From NCBI RefSeq assembly GCF_009914755.1, contig NC_060926.1: DNA of 64,000 nucleotides. The stretch is one strand, 5' to 3'. This document shows, in pieces, positions 12,600-26,702 of the stretch. The stretch comes from the human T2T-CHM13v2.0 reference genome, Homo sapiens. Both the position numbers and the translations under genes were made by a program. The notes beneath the pieces were generated by a model, which worked only from the letters and a program-made list of their open reading frames with translations, had not been told where the DNA came from and ran no database searches. Numbering within the stretch: the first letter of the stretch is position 1; the number at the start of each line of letters is the position of its first letter.

Positions 12600-13110
12600 G
12601 CAAGGTAAAACTACCACAAGATACCATATTTAGCCTATCAGATTGACAAAAATTAAAAAGTTTGGTCATACTTTGTAGCCAGCAATAGAGAGGAATAGGC
12701 AATTTTATTGACTGAAGAGGAAGTTGGTACATCACTCTCTAGAGGTCCATTAAGCCATATCTAACAATTACAAATGCATAGGCCTTTTGATCCAGCAATT
12801 CCATTGCCAGGAGTCTATTGTATGGAAGCGCAGGTGGGAACAATGGTTATTTATTGTGGCATTGTTTGTAGAGTCATTGTTTGGAAACAACCCAAAGTGT
12901 TCATGACTAGAGGACTGGTAAAATAAATTACAGCACATAGGATGTGCTGCAGTTAAAAAAAATGAGTGAACAAGGTCTTTTAATAATGACATGGAATAAT
13001 CTCTAAGTATATCATAATGGGCAAAACAAGACAGAGAACAGCATGTAATAAATGCTACCATTTGTGTGGGGAAAAAGAAAGGAAAAGTCAGTAGATTCAT
13101 GTTTGCTTTA
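12600..13110 (+). mobile_element. Ancient L1ME-type fragment
   Basis: Degenerate ORF2-end/3'UTR (ttttgatccagcaattccatt...ggaaacaacccaaagtgttcat). Confidence 0.6.
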
Positions 13111-13229
13111 ATATGCAATTAAGTGAAATTTCTTCCATCTGAAAAAGTCCTATTAAATCTGAATTATGGGGGCCTATAATGGATATCCATATCTCCAGCA
13201 TTTCCTTGCTTCCAGACACTATTTACTAA

Positions 13230-13719
<490 letters not shown>

Positions 13720-13864
13720 TGAAATACAGAAACTCTCCATCCAACCAAAATCACGTGCTCACTGATCCCAGACACAGTAAACACTTTTATTTTATTGAGG
13801 AGCCTTGACAAGAGTGAGTGTAAAATATTATCAAATGGCTTTTCTACATCTATCAAAAGGACGA

Positions 13865-14554
13865 TGTATTAGTGTCCTAGGGGTGATATGACAAAGTACC
13901 ACAAACTGGTAGTTTAAAACAATAGAAATTTATTGTTTCACAGTTTTGGAGACCAGACATCAAGGGCCATGCTCCCTCTGAAACCTGTAGGGAAATCTTT
14001 CCTAGCCTCTTCTGGCTTCCAGTGATTTGCTGGCAATCCCTGACATCCCTTGGTTTGCAGCTGTAAAACTCCAGTCTCCACCTTCATCATCACATGGTGG
14101 TCCCCCTCTGTGTCTCTGTCCTCATGTGGTCATCTAAGTGAGTAAGCATCTGAGTCATAATGGATCAGGGGTCCACTCCATTACAAGTTGAGTATGCCTT
14201 ATCCAAAATGTTTGTGGCCACAAATATTTCAGTCTTCATATTTTTTCAGATTTTGGAATATTTGCATTTCATTGACCAGTTCAGCCTCCCTAATCTGAAA
14301 ATCCAAAATCTGAAATGCTCCAATGAGTATTTCCTTTGAGTGTCATGTCAGTGCTCAAACAGTGTTAATTTTGGACCATTTTTGAATTTTGGATTTTCAG
14401 ATTTAGGATACTCAACCTGTAACAGTATGACCTCTTCTTGACTAATTATATTTGTGGAGACCCTCTCTCAAAATAAGATGACATCCTGAAATATTAGGAA
14501 TTAGGATTTCAACATATCTTTTTTAGGGTAGGGAACACAACTCAGTCCATAACA
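13865..14554 (-). mobile_element. MLT1B/C-like solo LTR inserted in an old L1M (~13810-15290, minus)
   Basis: tgtattagtgtcctaggg...aaagtaccacaaactgg...caactcagtccataaca; L1M-like sequence continues on both sides. Confidence 0.75.
14184..14419. mobile_element. Tigger4a (MER46A)-like MITE inside the MLT1
   Basis: TIRs caagttgagtatgcc.../...ggatactcaacctg with TA TSDs (14182-83, 14420-21); 236 bp. Confidence 0.85.
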
Positions 14555-15575
14555 GATCATATGATTTTTCTCTTTAGTTCTATGAATATGATAGATAATA
14601 TCAATGGATTTCTAATACTTAACTTATTTGCATTACTATAATGAATCTCACTTTTTAAATTAAAAAGTATTTTTTTAATGAGCTGCTGAAGTCTGACTCC
14701 TGATATTTTAAGATTTTTGAATGATTTTCACAAGTGATAGTATTCTGTCATTTTCTTTTGGTACTATTTCAGGTTTCAAGATCAATATATTGCTTCATAA
14801 AAGAAAATTTGAAAAATGTCTTCATCTATGATCTGGAATATGTTAATTAGCATTGTGATTACCCATTTTTTAAATGATTGATAGAATGTTTTTGTGAAGC
14901 CAGCTAGGCCTGGTGCTTTCCATAGAGGAGTATTTTAACCCCCTTTCTCTAGCTGTTTTATGATAATTAGTCTGGTTAGACTTTCTTTTCTGGGATCAAT
15001 TTTAGTAAGTTGTGTTTTCCTTAAATAATATCTATTTCATCTATTTTTAAAACTTATTTTCATAGAGGTGTACAAAGTAGCCTCTAAGGCTTTTAAAATT
15101 TTTCCTCTGCTTTTAATGATTATTTTTCCTTCAGTATTTAAAATTTTGTGCTTTTGTTTTTCCTCTTGTTCTTTCTTTATTAGATTAGCTAATGGTTTGT
15201 CTATTTTGTTGCATTTTTTCCCAATAACTCTATTTTGCATTTGTTAGTTTCATTGTTTTTCTCTTTTCTAATTTAAGAATTTATACTTTCTTTGAAGAGG
15301 TCCATAATTTTGGCAGATTTTTGGGATAATTCTGATTCCAGATTTGAGAATTACAGCTGTGATACGTGTAGTTTTTAATAGAAATTGTGCTCCATTTTTT
15401 TCCCTTTAGTATTGTTTTTATATTATTGCACGCGTTTTTCTCTGTGTATGCATCTTATATGTGTGCAACATATGGAAGCTCCTTGAGGCCAAGACTATGC
15501 ATTGTATTTCTTAGGGACAATAAATATTGATATTGTGGCTATGAAATTAGAGAATTAATGTAAACATGAAGAACT

Positions 15576-16166
15576 TGTAGTATGCAGCTTCTGAAAAGGC
15601 TCCCAAGAATCCCTACCATTTACTACTCATATTCTTGTCTCACTCCCTCTGTCCTTCAGTGTGGGCTAGATCTAGGGCCTTGCTTCTATGAAGTAGAATA
15701 GGATAAAACTATTGGAATGTTACCTCCAAGATTGGGCTATAAAATACTTCTATTTTGTCCTGTTCAGACACTCTGTATGTCTTGATTTCCTCATTTGCTT
15801 GTTTTGGTGAAGTAAAGGGCTGTATAATGAGCTATTCTATGAAGAGGCTGTATAATGAGCTATTCTATGAAATGGCCCATGTGTTGAAAAAGAGGGAATG
15901 GCCTGTGGCCAACAGTCTGCAGCTAATTGAATCTACCAACCATCGTCTGAGTGATCTTGGAAGCAAATCCACCTCCAGTTGAGCCTTGAGATGATGTAGC
16001 CTCAACCAGCACCTTGACTGTGACCCTGTGAGAAACCAGAGCCAGGGGACCCAGCTAAAACCACTTGGATTCCTGCTCTGCAAAAACTTTGAGATGATAA
16101 ATGTTGTTGTTTTAAGCTACTATTTTTATGTGATAATTTGTTATGCAGCAATAGATAATCAATACA
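15576..16166 (+). mobile_element. MLT1F-like solo LTR
   Basis: TG...aataca termini, tgttttaagctac...gttatgcagcaatagataatcaataca end; TSD gaact/gaacc. Confidence 0.75.
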
Positions 16167-16343
16167 GAACCCAAATTCTGTATACTTGTCTTGATCCAGG
16201 AAGCATTGCCCAATTGAAAACTGAACAGTCTAGTTGTAATTTGGAAGTAACGTGCTTTGCAGAGAAATAACTCTAAATCAGAACTTAAAATGCAATAATG
16301 TAATTAATACCAAAATTTTTCATTTATAATGAAGGTATTTTGA

Positions 16344-16692
<349 letters not shown>

Positions 16693-16874
16693 AATTGTCT
16701 TTTGGAATAACTTATTTTTAGTGTGGCTTCTTTTAAAAAATTCTATCTGCACATGAGTATTTATAACATGCCAAGTGAATGACAAGCTGCCTAGATAAAA
16801 TGTGTAGATTATGGCTGAATTATAACATGGATTTTTACTGTACAACATTTTAACCAACATTAGTTTCCTAATAC

Positions 16875-17355
16875 TGGTGGAGACTGCTGGTTGCCCGCAA
16901 AAAAATTCTGTCCTCCACTTCTTCCACAGGAATATAGCTTAAGCTTGACATAAGGTTGCCCTGCTAGAGATAACATTTCCAATTGTTTCTCACTGATGGA
17001 ATGTTAGTGAAAGTGATGTGTGAACTTCTGCCTCACTTGCTTAATAAGACATTGCTGCTCAGAACACTCTCTCTCTTCACCCTTTCAGGAGCTGAACTTC
17101 AGATGTTCAGCCCTAACCCAGATTCAACCATGCAAAAGAGGACGATGACCTAAGGCTCAGTTTCAGGGCATGGTGGAGCAATAAGATGAAAAGAACCAGA
17201 GTCATGGAGTAGGGCCATGGAGCAGAGCTTCCTACTAACCTCAACTGCTTGCCTTAGAACCATTCTATGAAAGAGAAATACATGTCTGTGTTCCTTAAGC
17301 CACTCTATTTTGGGGTCTCTTTGTTATAGTAGCTTAACCTTTATCCGAACTAGTA
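16875..17355 (+). mobile_element. Old MLT1 (J/I-like) LTR remnant
   Basis: 3' end ttaagccactctattttggggtctctttgttatagtagc typical of old MLT1. Confidence 0.5.
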
Positions 17356-17452
17356 TTAATATATCCATCATTGATTCCTTTTAAATATGTCATTTTGTAA
17401 TTGTTACATATATACAAGTGAGCAAAGTACAAATAACTGGATTTCTGCCCTG

Positions 17453-17454
<2 letters not shown>

Positions 17455-17516
<62 letters not shown>
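17455..17516 (+). repeat. Pure poly(A) run, 62 nt
   Basis: Counted directly. Confidence 0.95.
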
Positions 17517-17518
<2 letters not shown>

Positions 17519-18951
17519 TCGGGGGGCGGGATGTGAAATGTATTTCCCACAGGTATGACTAGTGTTCAGTGATCAAAGAACTACAGGGTGTTTCTCTGGT
17601 ATCAAGAAAAAAAAATTTTTTGCATGACTGCAAGCTACTATTTGATATCTCTGCACCATTACAGCAGTCTTTCAGTCCTACCACTTCTCAAAGATGTTGA
17701 TTTTTGTTAGGTTGGTTGGGAAATTCATGTTCAGAATAATCAGACTGGGCCTTAGAAAAAAAAGGTTCTGGGGAAATGGACTTTACCACTGCCCAGGAGG
17801 CTCAAGATGTCCTACTCAAGATGTTCAGAGCCAAATTCTCTTGAGGATTCCTTCCTAGATTGAATGACTCCAGCACAATACACCTTCTTATCATGATCTC
17901 ACTAGGCCTTATAGAGCTTGTCTCAAGGTTATTTTTACAAGAGCCTTATAAGAAAGACAAGAAGTGAGGATTATCATTTCATTACAGGGATAAACTGCGA
18001 CATATGGTGACTTACATCAGGTGACTTGGTGAGCCACTAGAAGCTGGAATCAGTAACTGATCCTCCATGGAGATAAAATGCTCTGTCTACAAATACAATT
18101 CTTTGGCAATTAACTTAATGCTGCGTGTGCCATGTTTTGCTTTGCCTATTTTTCCTAACTGGTAGAAAGAAAAATCGAAGCACTAAATTCGGGAGACACA
18201 TGATGCAAGTGCCTTCACAGGAAAACATATTTCTTTAACACATAAGCAGAACAGGTCCCCAACGATCACAGCTCCAGCTTCTAAAACCAAACCACAGGGT
18301 TTTGCCTCACACCTGTAAATGACAGCCAGAAGCATTGTGGAGAGATGCTTCCACCTCCTGGGCCGGACATTTCTGTGTGTGATCCCGCCAGACATGACAA
18401 TAACTCTGCGTGTCTTCTGTAAGAGGAAAATGGTTTCCCTTAAGAGCTTCAGCATTCTCTCAGTCCCCTTGACTTTGCTCTCCAGACAGGACTGAGAAGC
18501 AAGAAAAGTAGAAACTAGGGCATGAAGGGGACTACATCATCCTGGAAAGTCACATCCCAAAGACATTCAGGCCTAAAAGGACAACTGAATAAATAAGGCA
18601 TTGACAGGTGTTCATTAATCATTTGTGCAACCAAATTCTTAGTAGGCTTTGCATGGACAATCAGGAAACATGCAGGTTTCTGCTGCAAACGAAAGACGGG
18701 GTTGAATTGCACTTTTGTTGCAGACTGATCACCTGGGCCTAATTTGATTGTTGCCTCCCAAGGGATCTCTGAGCCCAGGAGGGAAATGTAGGAGGGAGGA
18801 GGGAAAACCAAGGCCGGCCTGCAGGATGTTTCCTTTGCTATCTTCTGCTGAGCGCTCTAAAGCAGGTGCAGGTGCAATGAGATACCTAATCCTGTCCCCA
18901 GTCCTCCAGCACTTTGTTCTCTTCTCGTTTAAACTCCCTAAATGGTCTGGT

Positions 18952-19061
18952 GGGGTTTTCCCAGTGTCATTGCTTAAAGAGAGGCAGAGCGGAAAGAAAG
19001 AAGTAGGAGAAAGCGGTAAGCATCTTTGTTCTCAATGCGGAAAACCCAGAAGGGACTTTCC
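18952..19061 (+). promoter_or_regulatory. NF-kB site cluster upstream of SGPP2
   Basis: GGGGTTTTCC (18952-18961) and canonical GGGACTTTCC (19052-19061) both fit GGGRNWYYCC; SGPP2 is known as an inflammation/NF-kB-inducible gene. Confidence 0.65.
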
Positions 19062-19379
19062 TTCCCACCCACCTGAAAATGTTCCCCAGTTGCCAAATCA
19101 GAAGGGCAGGGGCAGCGACGCGGAAGATGACTCAGGGCCCACTTTGAACCTCCTGGGTACTTGAGCAAGCTCAAGGGTGTTCGGACCTCTAGGGAGACGT
19201 TGCATCACGCAGTTTGGAAAGAACTTGGGAATTCTCCCTGGGGGGCTCGCTGTATTTACTGGGAACTAGTCTTGCAGGAAGGTGAGAGTACGTGGCTGGC
19301 TGTGGGGAGCTGGCGTGGGAGGAAATCCGACTTCACCTTGGGCTCAGAGTTGCAAGGAAGGTCACTGTGGGATCAGCCT

Positions 19380-20780
19380 GAGCCCAAAAGGATGGGCTAA
19401 TGGGAGCGGCCGCAGGTGCACGCGCGCTCGGCCGCTCCCATTAGTGTTACGTCTGCCGGGGGAAGAAGGTGGGGTGGGGGGTTGGGGGCGCCGGGAGAAG
19501 AGAGGCGCAGTTCGGAGATCGGCACTCCTCCGTCCAGTTACAGGCGGTCCTGCCCCCGTGGCCGCCCGGGGCCGCCCAAGCCCTCCGGGACGGAGAGAAA
19601 GGGGGACGCGTTGCGCAAGGTGGAGGCAGACACCTGGGCGGGCGCTAGGACCCGGGCGGCGCACCTGTTGGCTGGGCCCGGGGCCCCGCCCGCCCGGCCT
19701 CCGCCCGGAGTGCGGGATCGGCGGGGGCGAGGCGGGAGTGGCGGTGCCAGCGGAGGGCACCGGCCCGGCGTGGCAGCGGCGGCGGAGCGCGGCCCCGGGC
19801 ACACCATGGCCGAGCTGCTGCGGAGCCTGCAGGATTCCCAGCTCGTCGCCCGCTTCCAGCGCCGCTGCGGGCTCTTCCCCGCTCCGGATGAAGGCCCCCG
19901 GGAGAACGGCGCGGACCCCACGGAGCGCGCGGCGCGGGTCCCCGGGGTCGAGCATCTCCCCGCAGCCAACGGCAAGGGCGGCGAGGCTCCGGCCAACGGG
20001 CTGCGCAGAGCCGCGGCGCCGGAGGTAACCATGGGCAGGTGTTCGCCGGGTACGGGGAGGGGGCGGCTGCGGACGTGCGGGTCCCTGCGACTCCGCCACG
20101 CGGGGCCGGCCGGGCCGAGAGGGCGCCGTCCCCGGCAGTGACCCGGCTCCCGCCGCTGCGAGCGGACGGGGAGGCCTGGCCTTCCAGTAACCAGGATGCC
20201 ACCCTCCAACGCTGCCAGGGGCAACCGGGTCTATTGAGATATCCCCAGACGCTTTCAATGCAGTCCATTTAGAGACTTCCCACTTTCAAAAGTAGTTAAA
20301 TTCACGTAGATGCCAGCAAATATGTAAGAGTTACGTAATGGAACGGAGGAGCGGGGATGTCCTTGGCACTTCCCCGGGGAGACGTTCTTAGACTCCCCCC
20401 CACCCCCGTATTCTTGCATTTCCGCCCATCCCCCTTCCCTGATGCGCACAAATGCGGGTGCAGCCGGGCTCAGCGCGCTCCTCACCGCGCTGCACCGCCA
20501 GCTCTGGGCACAGAACTTGGGGCTCACACAGCTCCTAGAGAGATTTACAACCTCCCTGCACTACCCCCGGCGATGATGTCTTAACAGCAACTCTCGCTTG
20601 CCCTCCCCCAGAGTCTGGGGGTCCCTCCTGCCTGGTGGGTCTTTTATGGACCGACACCAGTGACTTCTAACAGATGCTTCTGGGAGGGAAGCTCGCTACG
20701 CTCCCGCTAGGTGTTCAAAGCGTGGTTATACAACCCACTGCGGCTTGGGGGGAACCAGCGTGCGTCGTCGTCGCAGTGCA
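19380..20780. promoter_or_regulatory. SGPP2: CpG island / TATA-less GC-box promoter of SGPP2
   Basis: Very high GC and CpG density, multiple GGGCGG/CCGCCC boxes (about 19636-19740), spans exon 1. Confidence 0.92.
19806..20024 (+). CDS. SGPP2: Sphingosine-1-phosphate phosphatase 2, first coding exon (aa 1-73)
   Basis: Strong Kozak cacaccATGG; encodes MAELLRSLQDSQLVARFQRRCGLFPAPDEGPRENGADPTERAARVPGVEHLPAANGKGGEAPANGLRRAAAPE, recognised as human SGPP2 N-terminus; 219 nt, phase-0 donor GAG|GTAACC at 20025. Confidence 0.95.
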
Positions 20781-21269
20781 CAGGGACTTTAGGCAGCAGG
20801 GACCAGACGGGCTGCACTTGGCTTCTGGGGACGCATGTCTACCGGGAGCACTGGCAGCACCTGCCTTTTCCCTCGGCAAAGTCAAAAGTGTGGCGCAGGA
20901 GAACAGAAATAAACGTATTAATAATTCGAATTCCTTGTACACAGCCACATTTTGTTCTTCCTAGAAGGTTTTGGTGAAAGAAAGGTGGCCTTTACTTACG
21001 TGTAAATTTCTAGATGTAGTAACTGAGGAATTACGAAGAACCTGGCTTCTGTGTGGAATGGAATATTATAGGCATTGGATTACAGAATTTGTTTGGGAGG
21101 GTGAGGGTGGTTGTGTGTTCTACTCCAGAGAAATCCTCCTCTGTATTTTTTCCTCTTTATTGTTCCTTCTTTATCCCATGTGACATTCCGGTAACCTATA
21201 GATGAGTATGAGAACCCCTCTTTTTTCTCTTGCCTTGTCTTAAAAACGGGGCAGAGTAGGGGGGATAAG

Positions 21270-21470
21270 AAATCAGCTGGGCGTGGTGGTGCGGCCTGTA
21301 GTTCCAGCTACTCCGGAGGCTAAGACAGGAGAATAGCTTGAGGCGGAGGTTGCAGTGAGCCAAGATCACGCCACTGCACTCCAGCCAGGGCGACTGAGCG
21401 AGACTCCGTCTCAAAAAAAAAAAAAAAAAAAAAAAAAAAGACCAAAACAAACAAACAAACAAACAAAAAA
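21270..21470 (+). mobile_element. Alu right monomer with A/(CAAA)n tail
   Basis: gctgggcgtggtgg...gagactccgtctc followed by poly-A. Confidence 0.85.
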
Positions 21471-22471
21471 CAGTCCCATGGCTGAAACGTGCCGTGACAT
21501 ATTCGGTGCACACACTGTTTACACCCACAGGTAGACACGTGAGTTGCTTTCTGTTGCTCTCTTCACAAGCTTCTACCCTGTTTCTCTAATTCAGGAAGCT
21601 GAAAAAGAGTGAATTGTTCCACCAGTACTTCTCAAACTGTTTTAAACATCACCCCTGGTAACTTAACTTTAAACTCCACAGTTGGATCCTCTTGACCTTT
21701 AAAAGCAAGATAAGCAGATTTCTTACACAGTTTTATCTTCTTACTGCTTGACAATCCTGGTGGGTCTTCAGTGAGTGAAATTGTGGCGGTTTCCCCACAC
21801 CCACCCAGCCAACACAGGACTTCTGCTTACAGATCATGTAAAAGCAAGAAAGCTGAATGCCCAAGATAAGAAATCATTGTGTTGGTATATAATGGGGGAA
21901 ATCATAAACTTGAGAGTGCTTGATAAATGAAAGGTTAATTAATGTTTTTACAGGTGGGTTGGTTTCAAATGACTTGGGAAGATTAATCCTTTACATACAC
22001 ACATTGATTCCCCCCCTCAAAAATTATCTCTTATCTACACTCAGGCAATTTACAGGACTTTAAGGGGGCAGTTGTGAAAAGTGTGCTGCCCTCTCTGCAG
22101 GCCTTTGTACAGGCGTTGGCCTGCCTGAGCTGCCTGTCTTTTCTCTAAATATCCTCCCCACTCATCCTTCTATTTCCAAAGGTCAGTTCCTCCATGGGTG
22201 ACTTCTCTGACCTTCCAGCCTAGCTCCCCCTGCTATAGTTTTTCTTTGCTTTCTGCATTTCTTCATTACAGCATTTATCACGTTGTTTAAATGTGCCTTT
22301 GTGTGGATATCTGATTATTCCCCGCCCCTCCAGAGGATGATAAACTCTAAGAATGCAGGCAACTTGTCTGTTATGGTCCTTATTTTTTTCTCATAGCCTG
22401 GCACGTAGGAGGGGCTAGTGACTTTTGTGAATACATGCATGTAGATTGCAATATAAAATTATAGTTTTAAA

Positions 22472-22781
22472 CTTTTTTTTTAAGAGACAGGGTCTTGCTG
22501 TGTCACCCAGGGTGGAGTGCAGTGGCACAATCATAAGTCACTGCATCTTCCACATCCTGGACTCCTGCAGTTCTCCTGCCTCAGCCTCCTGTGTAGCTAA
22601 GACTACGGGTGCATGCCATCATCTGGTTTGTTGTTGTTGTTGTTGTTGTTATTGTTGTTTTTTGTAGAGACAGGGTCTCACTATGTTGCCAAGACTAGTC
22701 TTAAACTCTTGGCCTCAAGTGATCCTTCTGCCTCAGCCTTGCAAAGTGCTGAAATTATAGACGTCAGTCACTGTGACTGGC
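22472..22781 (-). mobile_element. AluJ with (TTG)n-expanded middle linker
   Basis: Dimeric Alu; TTG array at about 22628-22660. Confidence 0.85.
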
Positions 22782-23901
22782 GATGTTTCGTTTTTCTTTA
22801 AAAAAAAATGAGTGAATGTTGAAAATCAAGTGATTTTTCCGCATAGCCTAGAAGGTAGCACCAGGACGTTGATTTAGGACCCTTCAAACAATAGAGAAGT
22901 TTTCTTCTTCATTTGAGTGACTTTAGATCTTAATGAATCTGATTTACCTTCTCACCTTTCACATTGTCTATATTTGTTTTAATTTTGAAACAGGACAAGT
23001 GTTTCCTGTTTTCAAGTGACTAAAAGTTTCCTCTACAAGTTCTCATTACACCACACGCTGCTAGCTTAAAGATTAACTGCATCTTTTACAAACCAGGAGT
23101 GGGCTTGGCTTGTACAAGCCTGTCATTGAATAAATTGGACTGGGCCTTAGAAATTGCCCAGTAGTCATGAATTTCACAGAAAGTCTGAGTCCTGAAGGGT
23201 TAAGAGATTTATTGAGGACTTCCAGGATATCCACACAGTCAGGGGAAGTCAGATCTTTTGACTCCCAAGTCTAAACTTCTTTCCTCTGTGCAGATTCCAG
23301 GGAAAATTCCAGGGCCTCACTGTATCTGATTCACTGAGGTGTGTCCTGTTGGTACTGGCTGGGACAGGGTGGAGATCGTGTGAAAAGAGGTGGTATTGCT
23401 TTCAGTTTGCAAGGGTATCTGACTTGCAAGAGTAACTGTAGGAAGCCATTTTTGGTTATTGCTTTGGGAGGCACTGCCCTGAGCAGAAGGCAGGATCCTA
23501 GGACTGGGCCAGGAAGGTAAAGGTGTGATGAGAATTTCATTTATTTGTCCTGGGGTAAAGCCAGCCTCGTATATAATGGTATTTTGATTTCTAACATTTT
23601 TGCTTACTCAATACAGTTGTATTTAGTTAGACTCTGCAGTGCCTTCCTCAGCATTACATTAGACTAAGGATCATCTTTTCTAATATCCCTGTGTCCAGTA
23701 CTTTTTGATAACTGCTCAGACATAGTTCTCACATTGACTTAGGGAGAGGTTCAAAGATAAGTTGTTTCTAGAAATCTTAGACTCCTAGTTTCCCTCTTGA
23801 AACATTTGAGGCTCTAAATCTGTTAATCTACGAAACCTTGATTTCATTGGTGTGCTAAAGTACAAATACTACATCCTGGAAACCAGGAGACCAGGATCTA
23901 G

Positions 23902-24322
<421 letters not shown>

Positions 24323-25569
24323 AAGAACCATGGTTTTCTAACCATGGCTGTACAGTATAGTCACTTAGAGAAGCTTTCAAAACAAAACAAACATAAACCA
24401 ATGTCCAAGATCCAGGTTAGAAGAGGGGTCCAGAGAAGCTGACCAACAAAGTTGGGAAGCTCTGAGTTCTCTTCTCCTGGGACCCACCACCCTTAGTATA
24501 TTCAGTAGGAGGGTGGTGATGGCTGCAGGCAGTGGTCATGGCAGCCGTGACATTTTGGCTTCACCATAACTAAACTGGCCAACAGATCAGACTGCAAGTT
24601 TTTATTATCCTTTATTGGATGCTTACATCTGAAATGACAAAATGAGATAGTTCGAAAGAATATATTTGATCTTTTTTTCTAGTTACAGATATCATCATTG
24701 TTCACAGGAGAAAACTTGGAAACACACGAAGAGAAAGTAAAATTCATGCCCGTTATATCACCGCCCATTGCTAATCACTTAGTAAATGTTCAGCCCAATT
24801 TTTAATGGCCGCATGTTCCTCCACAGGATGGATATACTGTAATTTAGTCAGCTAGGTGTTGTGCTTTTGGTTTGTTTCCAGTTTTTGCATTAAAAATGAT
24901 AACATCTTTGTACAAGTATCTCTCCACCTGTCTTTGATTATCTTCCAAATAAAATGTCCAGACTTGAAATTGTTGAGTGAAAAAAATGCATATATTATTG
25001 CTCTTAATAGCTACTACCGAATTGCCCTACAGGAAGAGTCTGCTAGGGCAAACCACTACGAGGGCAGGTTTTCCCACACACTCACCAATGTTAGGTGTTA
25101 AACCTCTCTTTAATCTTTGGAGAAAATAAACCACTTTGGCTTCTATCTCACCTTTGCTTTCTTCATTTCCAGTCAACATCCATTGATCACTACCATGTTT
25201 CTGGGACAGTCCTCAGACTTAGAGACATAAAGATCAATACAATTTAGTTTCTTCTGTGTGAAAGCCCAAATAAAAGGATGCAGTGCAAAAAATAAAAAAA
25301 AATATTAGAATAGAACGATGAATACAAGGACAGGAAGACAATAGCAGGAGTAACTCACCTTCCCAGGGGAGCCCATGAAGTCTTGAGTTGGGGCTTAAAG
25401 AGTGGGTAGGAATCAAACAGGCAAAAATGGGAGAAGCTCTTTCTTTACCTGGATTCTCATGTGCTAGAACATAAAGACACGTGTCATTTTTGGTGAATGA
25501 TGACAAGTTCAGCTTGGATATCATCAGAGTGTCAGCAGGAAATAGTTGGTCTACTTAAAAAGGGTGATC

Positions 25570-26410
<841 letters not shown>

Positions 26411-26414
26411 TTTA

Positions 26415-26702
<288 letters not shown>

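Noticed and set aside
19416-19805. In-frame open stretch upstream of the SGPP2 ATG (possible GTG start at 19770, 12-aa extension)
   Set aside because: Explained by GC content; the ATG has optimal context; no evidence without Ribo-seq.
19282-20268. Several overlapping 200-300 aa ORFs on both strands over the CpG island
   Set aside because: Low-complexity R/G/P/A translations expected where extreme GC content makes stops rare; only 19806-20024 has Kozak, donor and recognisable protein.
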